Assembly: GCF_003790525.1 (NCBI RefSeq)
Contig: NZ_CP033635.1
DNA: 64,000 bases
Direction: 5' to 3' (one strand)
DNA from: Escherichia coli
Lineage (GTDB): Bacteria > Pseudomonadota > Gammaproteobacteria > Enterobacterales > Enterobacteriaceae
Program-made: the position numbers and the translations under genes
The notes under the pieces: generated by a model
What the model saw: the letters and a program-made list of their open reading frames with translations, nothing else
Databases searched by the model: none
What the model was told of the DNA's origin: nothing
In this document: piece by piece, positions 10,216-19,911 of the stretch
How positions within the stretch are numbered: position 1 is the stretch's first letter
Layout: every line of letters begins with the position of its first letter

Positions 10216-10259
10216 GCACGCATATTCATCACATTCACCCATTAACTCACCCAAACACC

Positions 10260-12704
10260 ATGCCAACACCAACCATTATCAAAACACTCGCCACCCAGCG
10301 CGAAAAACCGTCCGTCAGCGTCATCACGCCAACCTGGAACCGCAGCGCATTCCTGCCGTACCTGCTTTATATGTACCGCTATCAGGACTACCCGGCAGAC
10401 CGCCGCGAACTCATCATCCTCGACGATTCCCCTCAAAGCCATCAACACATCATCGACCGCCTGACCAATGGCACACCGGAAGCCTTCAACATCCGCTACA
10501 TCCATCACCCGGAAAAACTGCCGCTGGGCAAAAAACGCAATATGCTCAACGAACTGGCGCGCGGCGAATACATCCTCTGCATGGACGATGACGACTACTA
10601 CCCGGCAGATAAAATCTCTTACACCATCGCTATGATGCAAAAAAACCGGGCGCTCATCTCCGGTTCCGACCAGATCCCCATCTGGTACAGCCACATCAAT
10701 CGCATCTTTCAAAGCCGCAGCTTCGGCCCGCATAACATCCTCAACGGCACCTTTTGCTATCACCGTAACTACCTGAAAAAGCACCGCTACGATGACGATT
10801 GCAATTTAGGCGAAGAGAAAAGTTTCACCGACAATTTCAGCGTTAACCCGCTACAACTGCCCGGCGAGCGCACGATTTTGTGTATCTCGCACAGCCACAA
10901 CACCTTTGATAAAGACTTTATTCTCGGGGCCAGCACGCCAGTAAACGCGACGCTTACGGATATCGTCCGCGATCCGCTGCTCCGCAATGCTTATCTGAGT
11001 CTGCATAACGCCACTCATCATCAGGCGATCCAGTATCAGGCGATCGATCAGATCGTTCTGCTGAATCTGGATAAACGCCCGGATCGCTTACAGCAGATCC
11101 GTGAAGAACTCACATTGCTGCATATTCCTCCTGAGAAGATCACCCGCCTTGCCGCCAGTGAAAATGAAAACGGTCAACGGGGCCGCCAGCAATCACACTT
11201 GCAGGCACTGCGTCTGGCGCAACAACGCGGCTGGCAAAACTACCTGCTGCTGGAAGATGACGCGGTTATTCTCAAACAGGAGAAACATATTCAGGTGCTG
11301 AACGCGCTGCTGGCGAGCCTGGCGAAAATTCCCTGGCAGGTGATGATCCTCGGCGGCGAAATTTCGCAGGGAACGATGCTAAAAAGTTTGCCTGGGCTGG
11401 TGCACGCGCGGGACTGCCGCAAAGTGTGCGCTTATCTGGTGAACCGCCGCTACTACCCGCAGCTGGCGCAGCAGATGAACAACGATGAGCATTCGCTGGA
11501 AGACGGCTGGCAGCCGCTGCTGCGCACCGACAAATGGCTGGCCTGTTACCCGAGCCTTTGTTATCAGCGACCGGGCTTTAGTGATATCGAGAAAAAAGCG
11601 ACTGATAACATTAACCACTACTTCAATAAGTTACCCGTAGCCACCAAGCCATCTACATTACCTATCGCCGATACCATCGGCTTTTTTATGGAAACCTCAT
11701 TCCACTACGCGCTCTACCGCCCAATCATCACCGCCCTGCAGGCGCAGGGGCAGAGCTGTACGCTGGTGATCAATGACCGCGTATTTAAACCATTTCTGGA
11801 TGAAATGCTGGCGACGCTAAAAAGCATCGACGATCCGCAGCTCAAAGGAATGCGCTTATCTGAAATGCAGGCACACGGTCAGCGAGTAAAATGCCTGGTC
11901 AGCCCCTATCACACGCCTGTGCTCAGTGGCCTTTCCCCCCTGAACATTCGCGCCATGTACGGCTTAGCCAAAGAAACGTGGAACCACGCCGACTGGAACC
12001 GTTTTTATCAGCGCATTTTGTGTTACAGCCACTACAGCCAGCGGGCGCTGGCACATTTCGGCAGCGCAATAGTGGTCGGCAACCCGCGCTTCGACGCCTG
12101 GCATAACGCCACGTTCGACCGCGCGTTGCCGGAAAATATCAAACTGGACGAGCGTAAACCCACCGTACTCTACGCCCCAACGTTTGGCGCATTAAGCTCC
12201 CTGCCCCACTGGGCAGAAAAATTGGGGCGCTTAAGCGATGATGTGAACCTGATTTGCAAACTGCACCACGGCACCTGCTCGCGCCCGGAAGAAGCTGCAT
12301 CGCTGGCCCTGGCTCGCAGGCATTTAAAACAGCGCACCGACTCCGCCCGTCACACGCTGGCGCTGCTGGCAAAGGCCGATTACGTGCTGACCGATAACAG
12401 CGGCTTTATTTTCGATGCTATTCACGTTGATAAGCGGGTGATCCTGCTCGACTTTCCGGGCATGGCAACGTTGCTCGACGGTGAGAAAAGTTACTCCACG
12501 CCCGAAAGCGCCGACCAGCGAATCCGCGAAATATTGCCGGTGGCTCATGATGTTGCGGAACTGCGTTATTTGTTGTCAGAGGCGTTTGACTGGGGTGCGG
12601 TGCAGGCGCGGCTTACGAAGATTCGTCATCACTATTGCGATGCGTTTATGGATGGCAAGGCGGGAGAACGGGCAGCGATGGTGATTGTGGAGGCACTAGG
12701 GTAA
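10260..12704 (+). CDS. Multidomain transferase: N-terminal GT2 glycosyltransferase, central GT25-like domain, C-terminal TagB/TagF-like CDP-glycerol glycerophosphotransferase domain
   Basis: N-terminal VSVITPTWNR...ILDDSP...MDDDDYY (GT-A/DxD); central LNLDKRPDRL (GT25-like); C-terminal VLYAPTFG...KLHHG...VLTDNSGFIFD (Glyphos_transf-like). ATG at 10260. Confidence 0.7.
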   Translation: MPTPTIIKTLATQREKPSVSVITPTWNRSAFLPYLLYMYRYQDYPADRRELIILDDSPQSHQHIIDRLTNGTPEAFNIRYIHHPEKLPLGKKRNMLNELARGEYILCMDDDDYYPADKISYTIAMMQKNRALISGSDQIPIWYSHINRIFQSRSFGPHNILNGTFCYHRNYLKKHRYDDDCNLGEEKSFTDNFSVNPLQLPGERTILCISHSHNTFDKDFILGASTPVNATLTDIVRDPLLRNAYLSLHNATHHQAIQYQAIDQIVLLNLDKRPDRLQQIREELTLLHIPPEKITRLAASENENGQRGRQQSHLQALRLAQQRGWQNYLLLEDDAVILKQEKHIQVLNALLASLAKIPWQVMILGGEISQGTMLKSLPGLVHARDCRKVCAYLVNRRYYPQLAQQMNNDEHSLEDGWQPLLRTDKWLACYPSLCYQRPGFSDIEKKATDNINHYFNKLPVATKPSTLPIADTIGFFMETSFHYALYRPIITALQAQGQSCTLVINDRVFKPFLDEMLATLKSIDDPQLKGMRLSEMQAHGQRVKCLVSPYHTPVLSGLSPLNIRAMYGLAKETWNHADWNRFYQRILCYSHYSQRALAHFGSAIVVGNPRFDAWHNATFDRALPENIKLDERKPTVLYAPTFGALSSLPHWAEKLGRLSDDVNLICKLHHGTCSRPEEAASLALARRHLKQRTDSARHTLALLAKADYVLTDNSGFIFDAIHVDKRVILLDFPGMATLLDGEKSYSTPESADQRIREILPVAHDVAELRYLLSEAFDWGAVQARLTKIRHHYCDAFMDGKAGERAAMVIVEALG

Positions 12705-12714
12705 AACGCGCAAG

Positions 12715-12830
12715 TGCCTGATGCGCTTCGCTTATCAGGCCTACGCGACCTTGCAATGTATTGAATTTGTAAGGATTTGTAGGCCGGTTAAGGCGTTTAC
12801 GCCGCATCCGGAACGAACAACGCACTTAAC
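12715..12830. repeat. REP/BIME elements
   Basis: gcctgatgcgcttcgcttatcaggcctac ... gccggttaaggcgtttacgccgcatccgg. Confidence 0.8.
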
Positions 12831-13029
12831 TACCCTCTGATTTCAAACTCATCGCTTTATGACTGGTGAATCGGTAAAAGTCGTAGATTGTGGGGGAGCG
12901 ATCTTTATGAATTCTGAAAAAACCTGAATCTTGCTAAACATATTGCTTATCATAAATATAGGTTACACACTATAACAATTATTGCGTAATTTAACATTTT
13001 GTTAAAATTGATAGGGCATAAACGATAAC

Positions 13030-13851
13030 ATGACTTATGATAAAAAAGTAACTTCCGGTACAACAAGCCAGAAACAAAACAACATTGTCACTCAAAAAAT
13101 ATCTCGCCCAAAGGAATTGTTTCTATTATTTTGGGTTGATGAGTCCGGTGATAGCCGACGTTCTATTTTTGAAGAAGCATGTCTGACGCGTTATTTCAAC
13201 ATCCTTTACTCCCCCGAGTATAAAAAAGAAACACAGATAGTTTACCATTTATCAATTAACACATTTAATCAAATCAAAGAAATATTAGAAATCTTTATAA
13301 ACAAGAATGGAGGTATAACCAAAGCAAAAGTTAAAGAAGTCAGTTTATTCTCACATGGGGGGCCAATTCATGGTCCTACAACCTCAGACTCTGTAAATAC
13401 ACCTTCCGTGCCTAAATACCCACAACAAATGGACATAATCGGAGGATGGGATTCAATTGATTTTAACTGGTCAAATAACGCTATGTTTGTTATGTATGGT
13501 TGTCGCACTAGTTATGCAAGTGATGATTCAGGACAAGGTTTTGCCAGTAAATTATCCCTATTAGATAATTTTAAGGACGTTAATGTCTGGGGACAAACAG
13601 AAAGTACTTATCCATCTTATTTCCCAGATATTAGGACAACTTCGATTATGAGGTCAATAAATATAGGTTGGTCTTTTTCACCAACATACATGGTTGCCAG
13701 TTCTGAAGGTCAAGGATGGGATGCCTTATTTCCGGATGATAAAAATCCACTAAAGTCTCTCCCTATGCAGTGTTATAATAATGGGAAATTGATTTTAACC
13801 TGCGATCAAAGCAGTTTTAATGATCACCGGAAGAATAAATCAAATGATTAG
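13030..13851 (+). CDS. Hypothetical protein, strongly AT-rich gene; possible alpha/beta-hydrolase-like fold (tentative)
   Basis: 273 aa; AT-rich codon usage unlike neighbours; motifs LFLLFWVDESGDS, VSLFSHGGP, MYGCRTSYASDDSG, C-terminal DH; own AT-rich upstream region. Confidence 0.55.
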   Translation: MTYDKKVTSGTTSQKQNNIVTQKISRPKELFLLFWVDESGDSRRSIFEEACLTRYFNILYSPEYKKETQIVYHLSINTFNQIKEILEIFINKNGGITKAKVKEVSLFSHGGPIHGPTTSDSVNTPSVPKYPQQMDIIGGWDSIDFNWSNNAMFVMYGCRTSYASDDSGQGFASKLSLLDNFKDVNVWGQTESTYPSYFPDIRTTSIMRSINIGWSFSPTYMVASSEGQGWDALFPDDKNPLKSLPMQCYNNGKLILTCDQSSFNDHRKNKSND

Positions 13852-14383
13852 TATTATATTGAGAAGCTTGATTCTATTATTCATGATAATAGTGTATCCA
13901 GATTATAATAAAAACCTACCTGCCTTTGAAGTATATGGGGAAAATGACATACTTAAGGATATGGTTATTAATATGAAAACTTATAGTAACCATAGTAAGA
14001 AAAACTCTTCCCCAACAACTATAGTGCAAACCATCCTTTTTAAAGGGAATATACAGCAAGTTTTTGAAAGCAACGATATGGGTGCAGAGAGCTTCTTTTT
14101 TTCTTATAATAACAAGGTTGAAACGCTGGTAACAGACGCTTTCTTTTTGAATAGAAAATTAGACAAACTGCATGATGCAAATATTTTTGAAGTTATAAAG
14201 CATGGGGAAAATATCGTTATTAGATATTACAAATGCAAAATTGAATATATGAAAAAAGAAAAATCTATCGAAATAGAGATATCAACAAACAAAAACAGTT
14301 ATTTTAGCAAAAATGGAATAAAACAAAAAGACACAAATAAATATAACACATATTTCTTCAATTACTTTGAGGCTCAAAAATAA
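13844..14383 (+). CDS. Hypothetical membrane-anchored or secreted protein, AT-rich; partner of upstream gene (ATG at 13844; start overlaps upstream stop)
   Basis: N-terminal hydrophobic segment MISIILRSLILLFMIIVY; Lys/Asn-rich; ATGATTAG start/stop overlap. Confidence 0.5.
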   Translation: MISIILRSLILLFMIIVYPDYNKNLPAFEVYGENDILKDMVINMKTYSNHSKKNSSPTTIVQTILFKGNIQQVFESNDMGAESFFFSYNNKVETLVTDAFFLNRKLDKLHDANIFEVIKHGENIVIRYYKCKIEYMKKEKSIEIEISTNKNSYFSKNGIKQKDTNKYNTYFFNYFEAQK

Positions 14384-14394
14384 ATTTTATTTTG

Positions 14395-14790
14395 TCATGC
14401 TTTCCCCCTAATCACCTCAATAATCCCCGTCGTCGACACCGACGGCGTGCGGGGGAAATACACTACCTCACAAATATACGCGAAGCTGTCAAACTTTCCT
14501 GCCCAGTCATCGCCCATCACTAAAATATCCGCACTGTACCCCCGCAGATACTCCGCTTTCTGCTCCAGCGACTCTTCCAGAAATACGCCATCCACGCACG
14601 CCAGCCCGGCGATGATCGCCATGCGGTCATCCTGAGGGTAAACCGGTGCCCTGCCCTTTTTGGCGATGTTCAGGGCATCGGACGATACGCCGACCAGCAG
14701 CCGTTCGCCCAGCGTGCGGGCGCGTTGTAAAAGGCGCAGATGACCGACATGAAACACATCGAAGGTGCCGAAGGTGATGACCGTTTTCAT
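14395..14790 (-). CDS. Cytidylyltransferase, glycerol-3-phosphate cytidylyltransferase (TagD)-like
   Basis: 131 aa; ITFGTFDVFHVGH (HxGH nucleotidyltransferase motif); start 2 nt after lfiJ stop (TAGCCATG). Confidence 0.8.
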   Translation of the reverse strand: MKTVITFGTFDVFHVGHLRLLQRARTLGERLLVGVSSDALNIAKKGRAPVYPQDDRMAIIAGLACVDGVFLEESLEQKAEYLRGYSADILVMGDDWAGKFDSFAYICEVVYFPRTPSVSTTGIIEVIRGKA

Positions 14791-14792
14791 GG

Positions 14793-15227
14793 CTACTCCG
14801 CTAACTTATGCCGCAGCCAGCACTGGACGGCGATGTCATCCACCGCTTTTTGCGCTTTCGCCGTGGCACTTTCTTGCTGCTCGCGGCGTTTGTCGTCCAA
14901 CGTCAGGGCCACCACTTTCTCTTCGCACGCCGCCGCCGTCAGGTTTTTCTGCATTCGCGTGGCTTTGATGTTAGCCAGCGTTTTTTCCTGCTCCTGCCAG
15001 GCGATCACCTTGCGCAAGGTGCCTTTGTAGTCGCTGACGTTTTTCAGCGATTCCACCGACGCTGCCGCGCCCGCAGATGTTTTCTCCACCAGGTAGCCTA
15101 ATGCTTTGATATTGTTGTCATAACCCGCACAAATCTGTTTTTGCTTTGCCAGCTCGACGGTTTTGTCTTTGACCGATTTATCCCGCAGGCGCTGCAACTG
15201 CGCCAGGGTGTCGATGATTTGTCGCAT
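14793..15227 (-). CDS. lfiJ: Flagellar export protein FliJ
   Basis: 144 aa, charged coiled-coil-like protein directly downstream of fliI. Confidence 0.75.
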   Translation of the reverse strand: MRQIIDTLAQLQRLRDKSVKDKTVELAKQKQICAGYDNNIKALGYLVEKTSAGAAASVESLKNVSDYKGTLRKVIAWQEQEKTLANIKATRMQKNLTAAACEEKVVALTLDDKRREQQESATAKAQKAVDDIAVQCWLRHKLAE

Positions 15228-15229
15228 GG

Positions 15230-16567
15230 TTACTGTTCTGCCTTTTTGACGCCAGGAAAGAGAATTTGCAGGCGGCTTTGCACCAGTTCGAGGGAGGCGG
15301 GTTCGCGCATCTCCTGGCGCAAAAAACGCTCGATAGCCGGGAACATTTTCACCGCTTTGTCGACGCTGGCGTCCGCGCCTGCCACATAACCGCCGAGTGG
15401 GATCAGCGGTTTGATCTCCATGTAGGCGGCGTAGTTTTGCTTTAACGCGCGGGCGGATTGCTGATGTTCCAGGCTGGTGACCTGGTTCATGCAGCGGCTG
15501 ATCGACTGGCCGATATCAATGGCCGGATAATGCCCCGCTTCCGCCAGTTTGCGGGTTAATACGATATGCCCGTCCAGCACCGCACGGGCGCAGTCGACAA
15601 TCGGATCTTGCTGGTCGTCGCCTTCCGCCAGCACGGTGTAGATGGCAGTCATCGATCCCGCGCTTTCGCTGTTGCCTGCGCTTTCGACCAGTTTGGGGAT
15701 CATGCCGAATGCCGACGGCGGATAGCCTTTGGTGGCGGGTGGTTCGCCAAGCGAGAGCGCAATTTCACGCTGCGCCATCGCATAGCGGGTCAGGGAATCC
15801 ACCAGCAGTAAAACGTGATGCCCGCGGTCGCGAAACCAGGCGGCGACGGAGTGGCACAGTTCGGTGGCTTTCAGGCGCATCAGCGGCGATTCATCGGCGG
15901 GCGCGACGACGACGATAGACTTCGCCAGCCCGTCCGCGCCCAGTGAGTGGTCGATAAACTCTTTCACTTCGCGCCCGCGTTCGCCAATCAGCCCGACCAC
16001 CACGATGTCGGCTTTGGTCTGGCGGGTGATCATCCCCAGCAGCACGCTTTTCCCGACGCCGCTGCCCGCCATCAGCCCGACACGCTGGCCTTTGCCGATG
16101 GTCAGCAGGCCGTTGATCGCTTTCACGCCCACGTCCAGCGGTTCGTCCACCGAACGGCGGGTTAAGGGATTAACCGACGGCGGCAGCGGCGGCAGAAGGT
16201 CGTTGCCGTTCAGGCGGCCTTTGCCATCCAGCGGTTCGCCGAGGCCGTTAACCACGCGGCCTAACCAGCTTTCGCCAATCAGGATGTCGTGGGCTTTTTC
16301 TTCCGGGAAGACGCGCGCCCCCGCCATCAGGCCGACCGGCTGTTTAAACGGCATTAAGTAAGTGATATCGCGATTAAAGCCTACGGCCTGCGCGTCGATA
16401 AGCGTGTGGTTGGCGCTTTCGATGCGACACAGCTGCCCGGTCATTAGCGGGCAGCCGACGCTCTCCAGCAGGATGCCATTAAGGCGCACCAGCCGCCCGG
16501 CGACGCGGGCCAGCGGGATCGACTCCAGCGAGCGCAGGGCGTTATCGAAAGCGGAAAAATCACTCAC
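15230..16567 (-). CDS. lfiI: Flagellum-specific ATP synthase FliI
   Basis: 445 aa; Walker A GSGVGKS; FliI/T3SS ATPase family. Confidence 0.95.
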   Translation of the reverse strand: MSDFSAFDNALRSLESIPLARVAGRLVRLNGILLESVGCPLMTGQLCRIESANHTLIDAQAVGFNRDITYLMPFKQPVGLMAGARVFPEEKAHDILIGESWLGRVVNGLGEPLDGKGRLNGNDLLPPLPPSVNPLTRRSVDEPLDVGVKAINGLLTIGKGQRVGLMAGSGVGKSVLLGMITRQTKADIVVVGLIGERGREVKEFIDHSLGADGLAKSIVVVAPADESPLMRLKATELCHSVAAWFRDRGHHVLLLVDSLTRYAMAQREIALSLGEPPATKGYPPSAFGMIPKLVESAGNSESAGSMTAIYTVLAEGDDQQDPIVDCARAVLDGHIVLTRKLAEAGHYPAIDIGQSISRCMNQVTSLEHQQSARALKQNYAAYMEIKPLIPLGGYVAGADASVDKAVKMFPAIERFLRQEMREPASLELVQSRLQILFPGVKKAEQ

Positions 16568-17270
16568 CCTGTGACTCCGGCGTTAGCGTCTCTTGTAGCG
16601 CGGTCATGCATTGTTCCAGGCGGTGCTCGCAGCCGATATCCAGTTCGGATTTATCGGTGATCACCCGGCATTCACCCGGCGGCAGATCCGGCGAAGGCGT
16701 CAGCCCCCATTCGCTGACCTTTTCCGGCACCGCGTCGCGCAAGCGGTTAAATTCTTCCGTACTTAGCATCACTTGGAGGGTCTCCGGCATTGCCGGGAAG
16801 GCCGCCAGTGCCTCTTCCACCAGCGCCAGCAACTGCGTCGGTTGCAGCGCCAGTTCGCAGCGGATCACCTGGCGGGTGACTTTTTCCACCAGTTGCAGCA
16901 AATCTTCCCGCTGTTTGCGTTCGATATGGGCGAGAAAGTCGTTCACTTTTCCGCTGATGGCTTCCAGCGGCTGTGCCGCGTCAACAAACTGTTTGCGCCC
17001 TTCCTGCTGCCCGGCGAGGCTGCCTTCGGTGTAGCCCTGGCGTCGCCCCTCGGCAAAACCTTGTTGATGACCTTCGCTAAAGCCCTGCTCCTGGCCTTCG
17101 GTCATTCCCTGAGCAAACCCTTTTTGCAGCCCTTCCTGAAAACCGTCCATCAACTGGCGCTGGTAATCGGCGGCGCTAATGCTGGCGGTGAGCGGTTCTC
17201 CGGTCACCGCACGCTGGCGCGGCGGAAAACGGTGCAGGCGATAGCGCCCGCGCAGTGTTTCAATGGTCAT
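16560..17270 (-). CDS. lfiH: Flagellar assembly protein FliH
   Basis: 236 aa; FliH-like; overlaps lfiI start. Confidence 0.8.
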   Translation of the reverse strand: MTIETLRGRYRLHRFPPRQRAVTGEPLTASISAADYQRQLMDGFQEGLQKGFAQGMTEGQEQGFSEGHQQGFAEGRRQGYTEGSLAGQQEGRKQFVDAAQPLEAISGKVNDFLAHIERKQREDLLQLVEKVTRQVIRCELALQPTQLLALVEEALAAFPAMPETLQVMLSTEEFNRLRDAVPEKVSEWGLTPSPDLPPGECRVITDKSELDIGCEHRLEQCMTALQETLTPESQGE

Positions 17271-17272
17271 GG

Positions 17273-18283
17273 TTACTCCGCCGTCTGTTCCGCAAAGAGC
17301 TGTAGCTGAATTTCGCCCGCCTCTTCCAGTTCACGGGCAATGCCCATGATTTCGCGGCGGATCTGTTCGATACGGCTGACCGGCACCGGCCCCAGACGCG
17401 CGGTGATCGCTTCCAGTTGCTGCGCCTGACGTTTTGGCATCACCGCGTAAATGGAACGGCGCAACAGGGCTTCGGTGCCTTTCAGCGCTACCGCCCAGTC
17501 TTCCATCGGTACTTCGTCGAGCAGACGTCGACGCACCTCTTCGTTCTGGCGGCTGAGGATAAAGAAGTCGTACATCTCATCCTGAAGCTGCTCCAGCACG
17601 TCTTCGTCGCGCTCGCGCATCTGGTCGAGGATCACCTGCTGGTTGCCCTGGAAGCGGTTGACGATATCCGCCGCCTGTTTGATGCCTTTCACCTTCGAGC
17701 CGTGCTCCGAAAGCACCGACAGGCCGCGTTCAATCAGCCTGTCCAGTTCATCCACCACGTCGCGGTTGACGTCGTTGAGTTTCGCCACCCGATAGAGAAT
17801 TTCGTTTTGCACCGATTCATTGAGATACGAGAGCACCGCCGCCGAGATTTCCGGCGTCAGAAACGCGAGGAATACTGCCTGCAATTGCAGATGCTCTTCG
17901 GAGATCAGCATCGCCAGCTGGCGCGGTTCCACCCATTGCAGTCGCGCCATCCGCGAGCGGATCTCATCGCCGTAGATGCCGTTGATCACGCTGCTGGCGA
18001 TCTCGGTGCCTAGCGCTTTGTTGAGAATGCCCTGCAACATAGATCGCGACGCGCCATTGATCCCGCTCTGTTCGCGGAACTCATCAAAGAAGTTGTTGAT
18101 CACTTTGCGCGCCATGCTGGTTTTGACACCGGAAAGCCGCGCCATGTTTTCGCTCAGGCGCACCACTTCTTCGCGGCTGAGTTTTTGCATCACCGTCGCC
18201 GCCGCTTCTTCGCCAAGGCACAGTAGCAGGATCGCCGCCTGTTCCAGGTAGCTGTTGCTCTTATTTGTTGTCAATTCGCTCAT
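17273..18283 (-). CDS. lfiG: Flagellar motor switch protein FliG
   Basis: 336 aa; FliG family. Confidence 0.92.
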   Translation of the reverse strand: MSELTTNKSNSYLEQAAILLLCLGEEAAATVMQKLSREEVVRLSENMARLSGVKTSMARKVINNFFDEFREQSGINGASRSMLQGILNKALGTEIASSVINGIYGDEIRSRMARLQWVEPRQLAMLISEEHLQLQAVFLAFLTPEISAAVLSYLNESVQNEILYRVAKLNDVNRDVVDELDRLIERGLSVLSEHGSKVKGIKQAADIVNRFQGNQQVILDQMRERDEDVLEQLQDEMYDFFILSRQNEEVRRRLLDEVPMEDWAVALKGTEALLRRSIYAVMPKRQAQQLEAITARLGPVPVSRIEQIRREIMGIARELEEAGEIQLQLFAEQTAE

Positions 18284-19907
18284 TGCTGGTGATCCATTGT
18301 CTGAGAACTTCGGCTACGCGATCGGTGTCGCTCATGGCCAGTTTTTGCAGGAACTCGAGTTTTACTTCGAGGCCGGAACTCTGGGACGGCAGGCTGTCAT
18401 CGCCGGGCAGCGACGGCAGATCGACGTTTTTGCGTTCCTCTTCCGGCATGGCAATCCACGGTTCGCTGACAGCTTCCGGTTCTGGTGTGATAACCGGCGC
18501 ACGTACCGCCGTCAGCCGTTTCATTACCGGGCGCACCACAAAGAACAGCAACAACAGCGCCAGCAGGCCGCAGCCAATCAGCCGCACCCAGGCCAGCACG
18601 CTGTCGTCTTTCCACAGCGGAATAATTGGTTCGACCGGCACCGCCTGCGGCACAAAGTTAAGCAGCGATAAGGTGAGATTGTCACCGCGCTGGACGTCGA
18701 TCCCGGCGGCATTGTTCAGCAACGCGGTCAGTTGCGTGGTCTGCTCCGGCTTCCAGTTTTTCAGCGCCGGAGCGTTTTGATTGAGCACCACCGCCACGTT
18801 AAGGCGTTTCACCGCAAAGCCGGGATGCTGAATATGCTGGACGCTGCGGTCGTAAGAGTAATCGCGCTTGCTTTCGCTGTGTTTCGAAAGGGCTTCCGGC
18901 GAGCGGTTTTCTTCCGTACCGTTGGTCATCTGATTCGCTGCAATCGGCGGACGGTTACTGAGCGAACCGGGCACACCCATCGCCACCTGATTGGTATCGC
19001 TGTCCAGCACGTTTTCTTCGCGGTTGATTTTCGGCGCGTCGCCGTAGTGTTCCTGAGTTTCATCGATATTACTGAGGTCGAGATCCGGCATGACGCTGAC
19101 GCGGTAATTCCCGCTGCCGACCAGCGAATCCAGCACGTTCGCCACGCTGGCGCGGGTTTTGTCCTGAATATCTTTGAGGATCTGATCGCGTTTACGGGTA
19201 GCGGCTGAAACCGCTTCGCCCGCGCCAATGCCGTCGGTCAGCAGATTTCCCGCCTGATCGACGACGCTAACTTTGCTGGCGTGCAGCCCCGGAATGCTGC
19301 CGGAAACCAGATGCACAATGGCGTTCACCTGGTCCATATTCAGCTTCGCGCCGTAATGCAGACGCACCACCACCGAGGCGCTGTTTTGCGGCTCATCGCT
19401 GACCACAAACGAGCTCTCTTCGTTGAGCGCCAGATGCACCCGCGCGCTCTCCACCGCGTCCAGCGACATAATGCTCTGCGCCAGCTCCCCTTCGAGGCTG
19501 CGTTTGTAGCGCACGTTCTGCACGAACTGGCTGCTGCCGAGCACTTCGTCTTTGTCCATCAGCTCGTAGCCGCTGGGCAAGATCGCCTGCACGCCTTTCG
19601 CGGCAAGGGTCATACGCGTTTTCGACAGTTCATCTTCCGGCACCAGAATCTGCCCGCTTTGCGGGTCGATGCGGTAGCTGAGCTTTTCGCCGTCCAGCAC
19701 GGTGACAATCTGCGACACGGGCAGATTTTCCTGGCGTCCGTAGAGCGAGACGTAGCCGCGATTACCGGTCCACAGTACGCTGACGATAATTGCCGTCGCC
19801 GCAACGGCAAGCCCCACTCCCGCCATCAATGCCCAGCGTTTGTTATCTGCAAGACGCAGTCGAAACGCCGGAAACGCCTGGGTTAACTTCTTTATTTGTG
19901 CATTCAT
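18261..19907 (-). CDS. lfiF: Flagellar MS-ring protein FliF
   Basis: 548 aa; N-terminal TM segment; FliF-like. Confidence 0.92.
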   Translation of the reverse strand: MNAQIKKLTQAFPAFRLRLADNKRWALMAGVGLAVAATAIIVSVLWTGNRGYVSLYGRQENLPVSQIVTVLDGEKLSYRIDPQSGQILVPEDELSKTRMTLAAKGVQAILPSGYELMDKDEVLGSSQFVQNVRYKRSLEGELAQSIMSLDAVESARVHLALNEESSFVVSDEPQNSASVVVRLHYGAKLNMDQVNAIVHLVSGSIPGLHASKVSVVDQAGNLLTDGIGAGEAVSAATRKRDQILKDIQDKTRASVANVLDSLVGSGNYRVSVMPDLDLSNIDETQEHYGDAPKINREENVLDSDTNQVAMGVPGSLSNRPPIAANQMTNGTEENRSPEALSKHSESKRDYSYDRSVQHIQHPGFAVKRLNVAVVLNQNAPALKNWKPEQTTQLTALLNNAAGIDVQRGDNLTLSLLNFVPQAVPVEPIIPLWKDDSVLAWVRLIGCGLLALLLLFFVVRPVMKRLTAVRAPVITPEPEAVSEPWIAMPEEERKNVDLPSLPGDDSLPSQSSGLEVKLEFLQKLAMSDTDRVAEVLRQWITSNERIDNK

Positions 19908-19911
19908 AGGG

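Noticed and set aside
10188-10259. Upstream GTG start of the transferase ORF
   Set aside because: The extension (MGEGRGEGISTHIHHIH...) translates the GC-rich repeat element; the first ATG at 10260 gives a typical GT2 N-terminus
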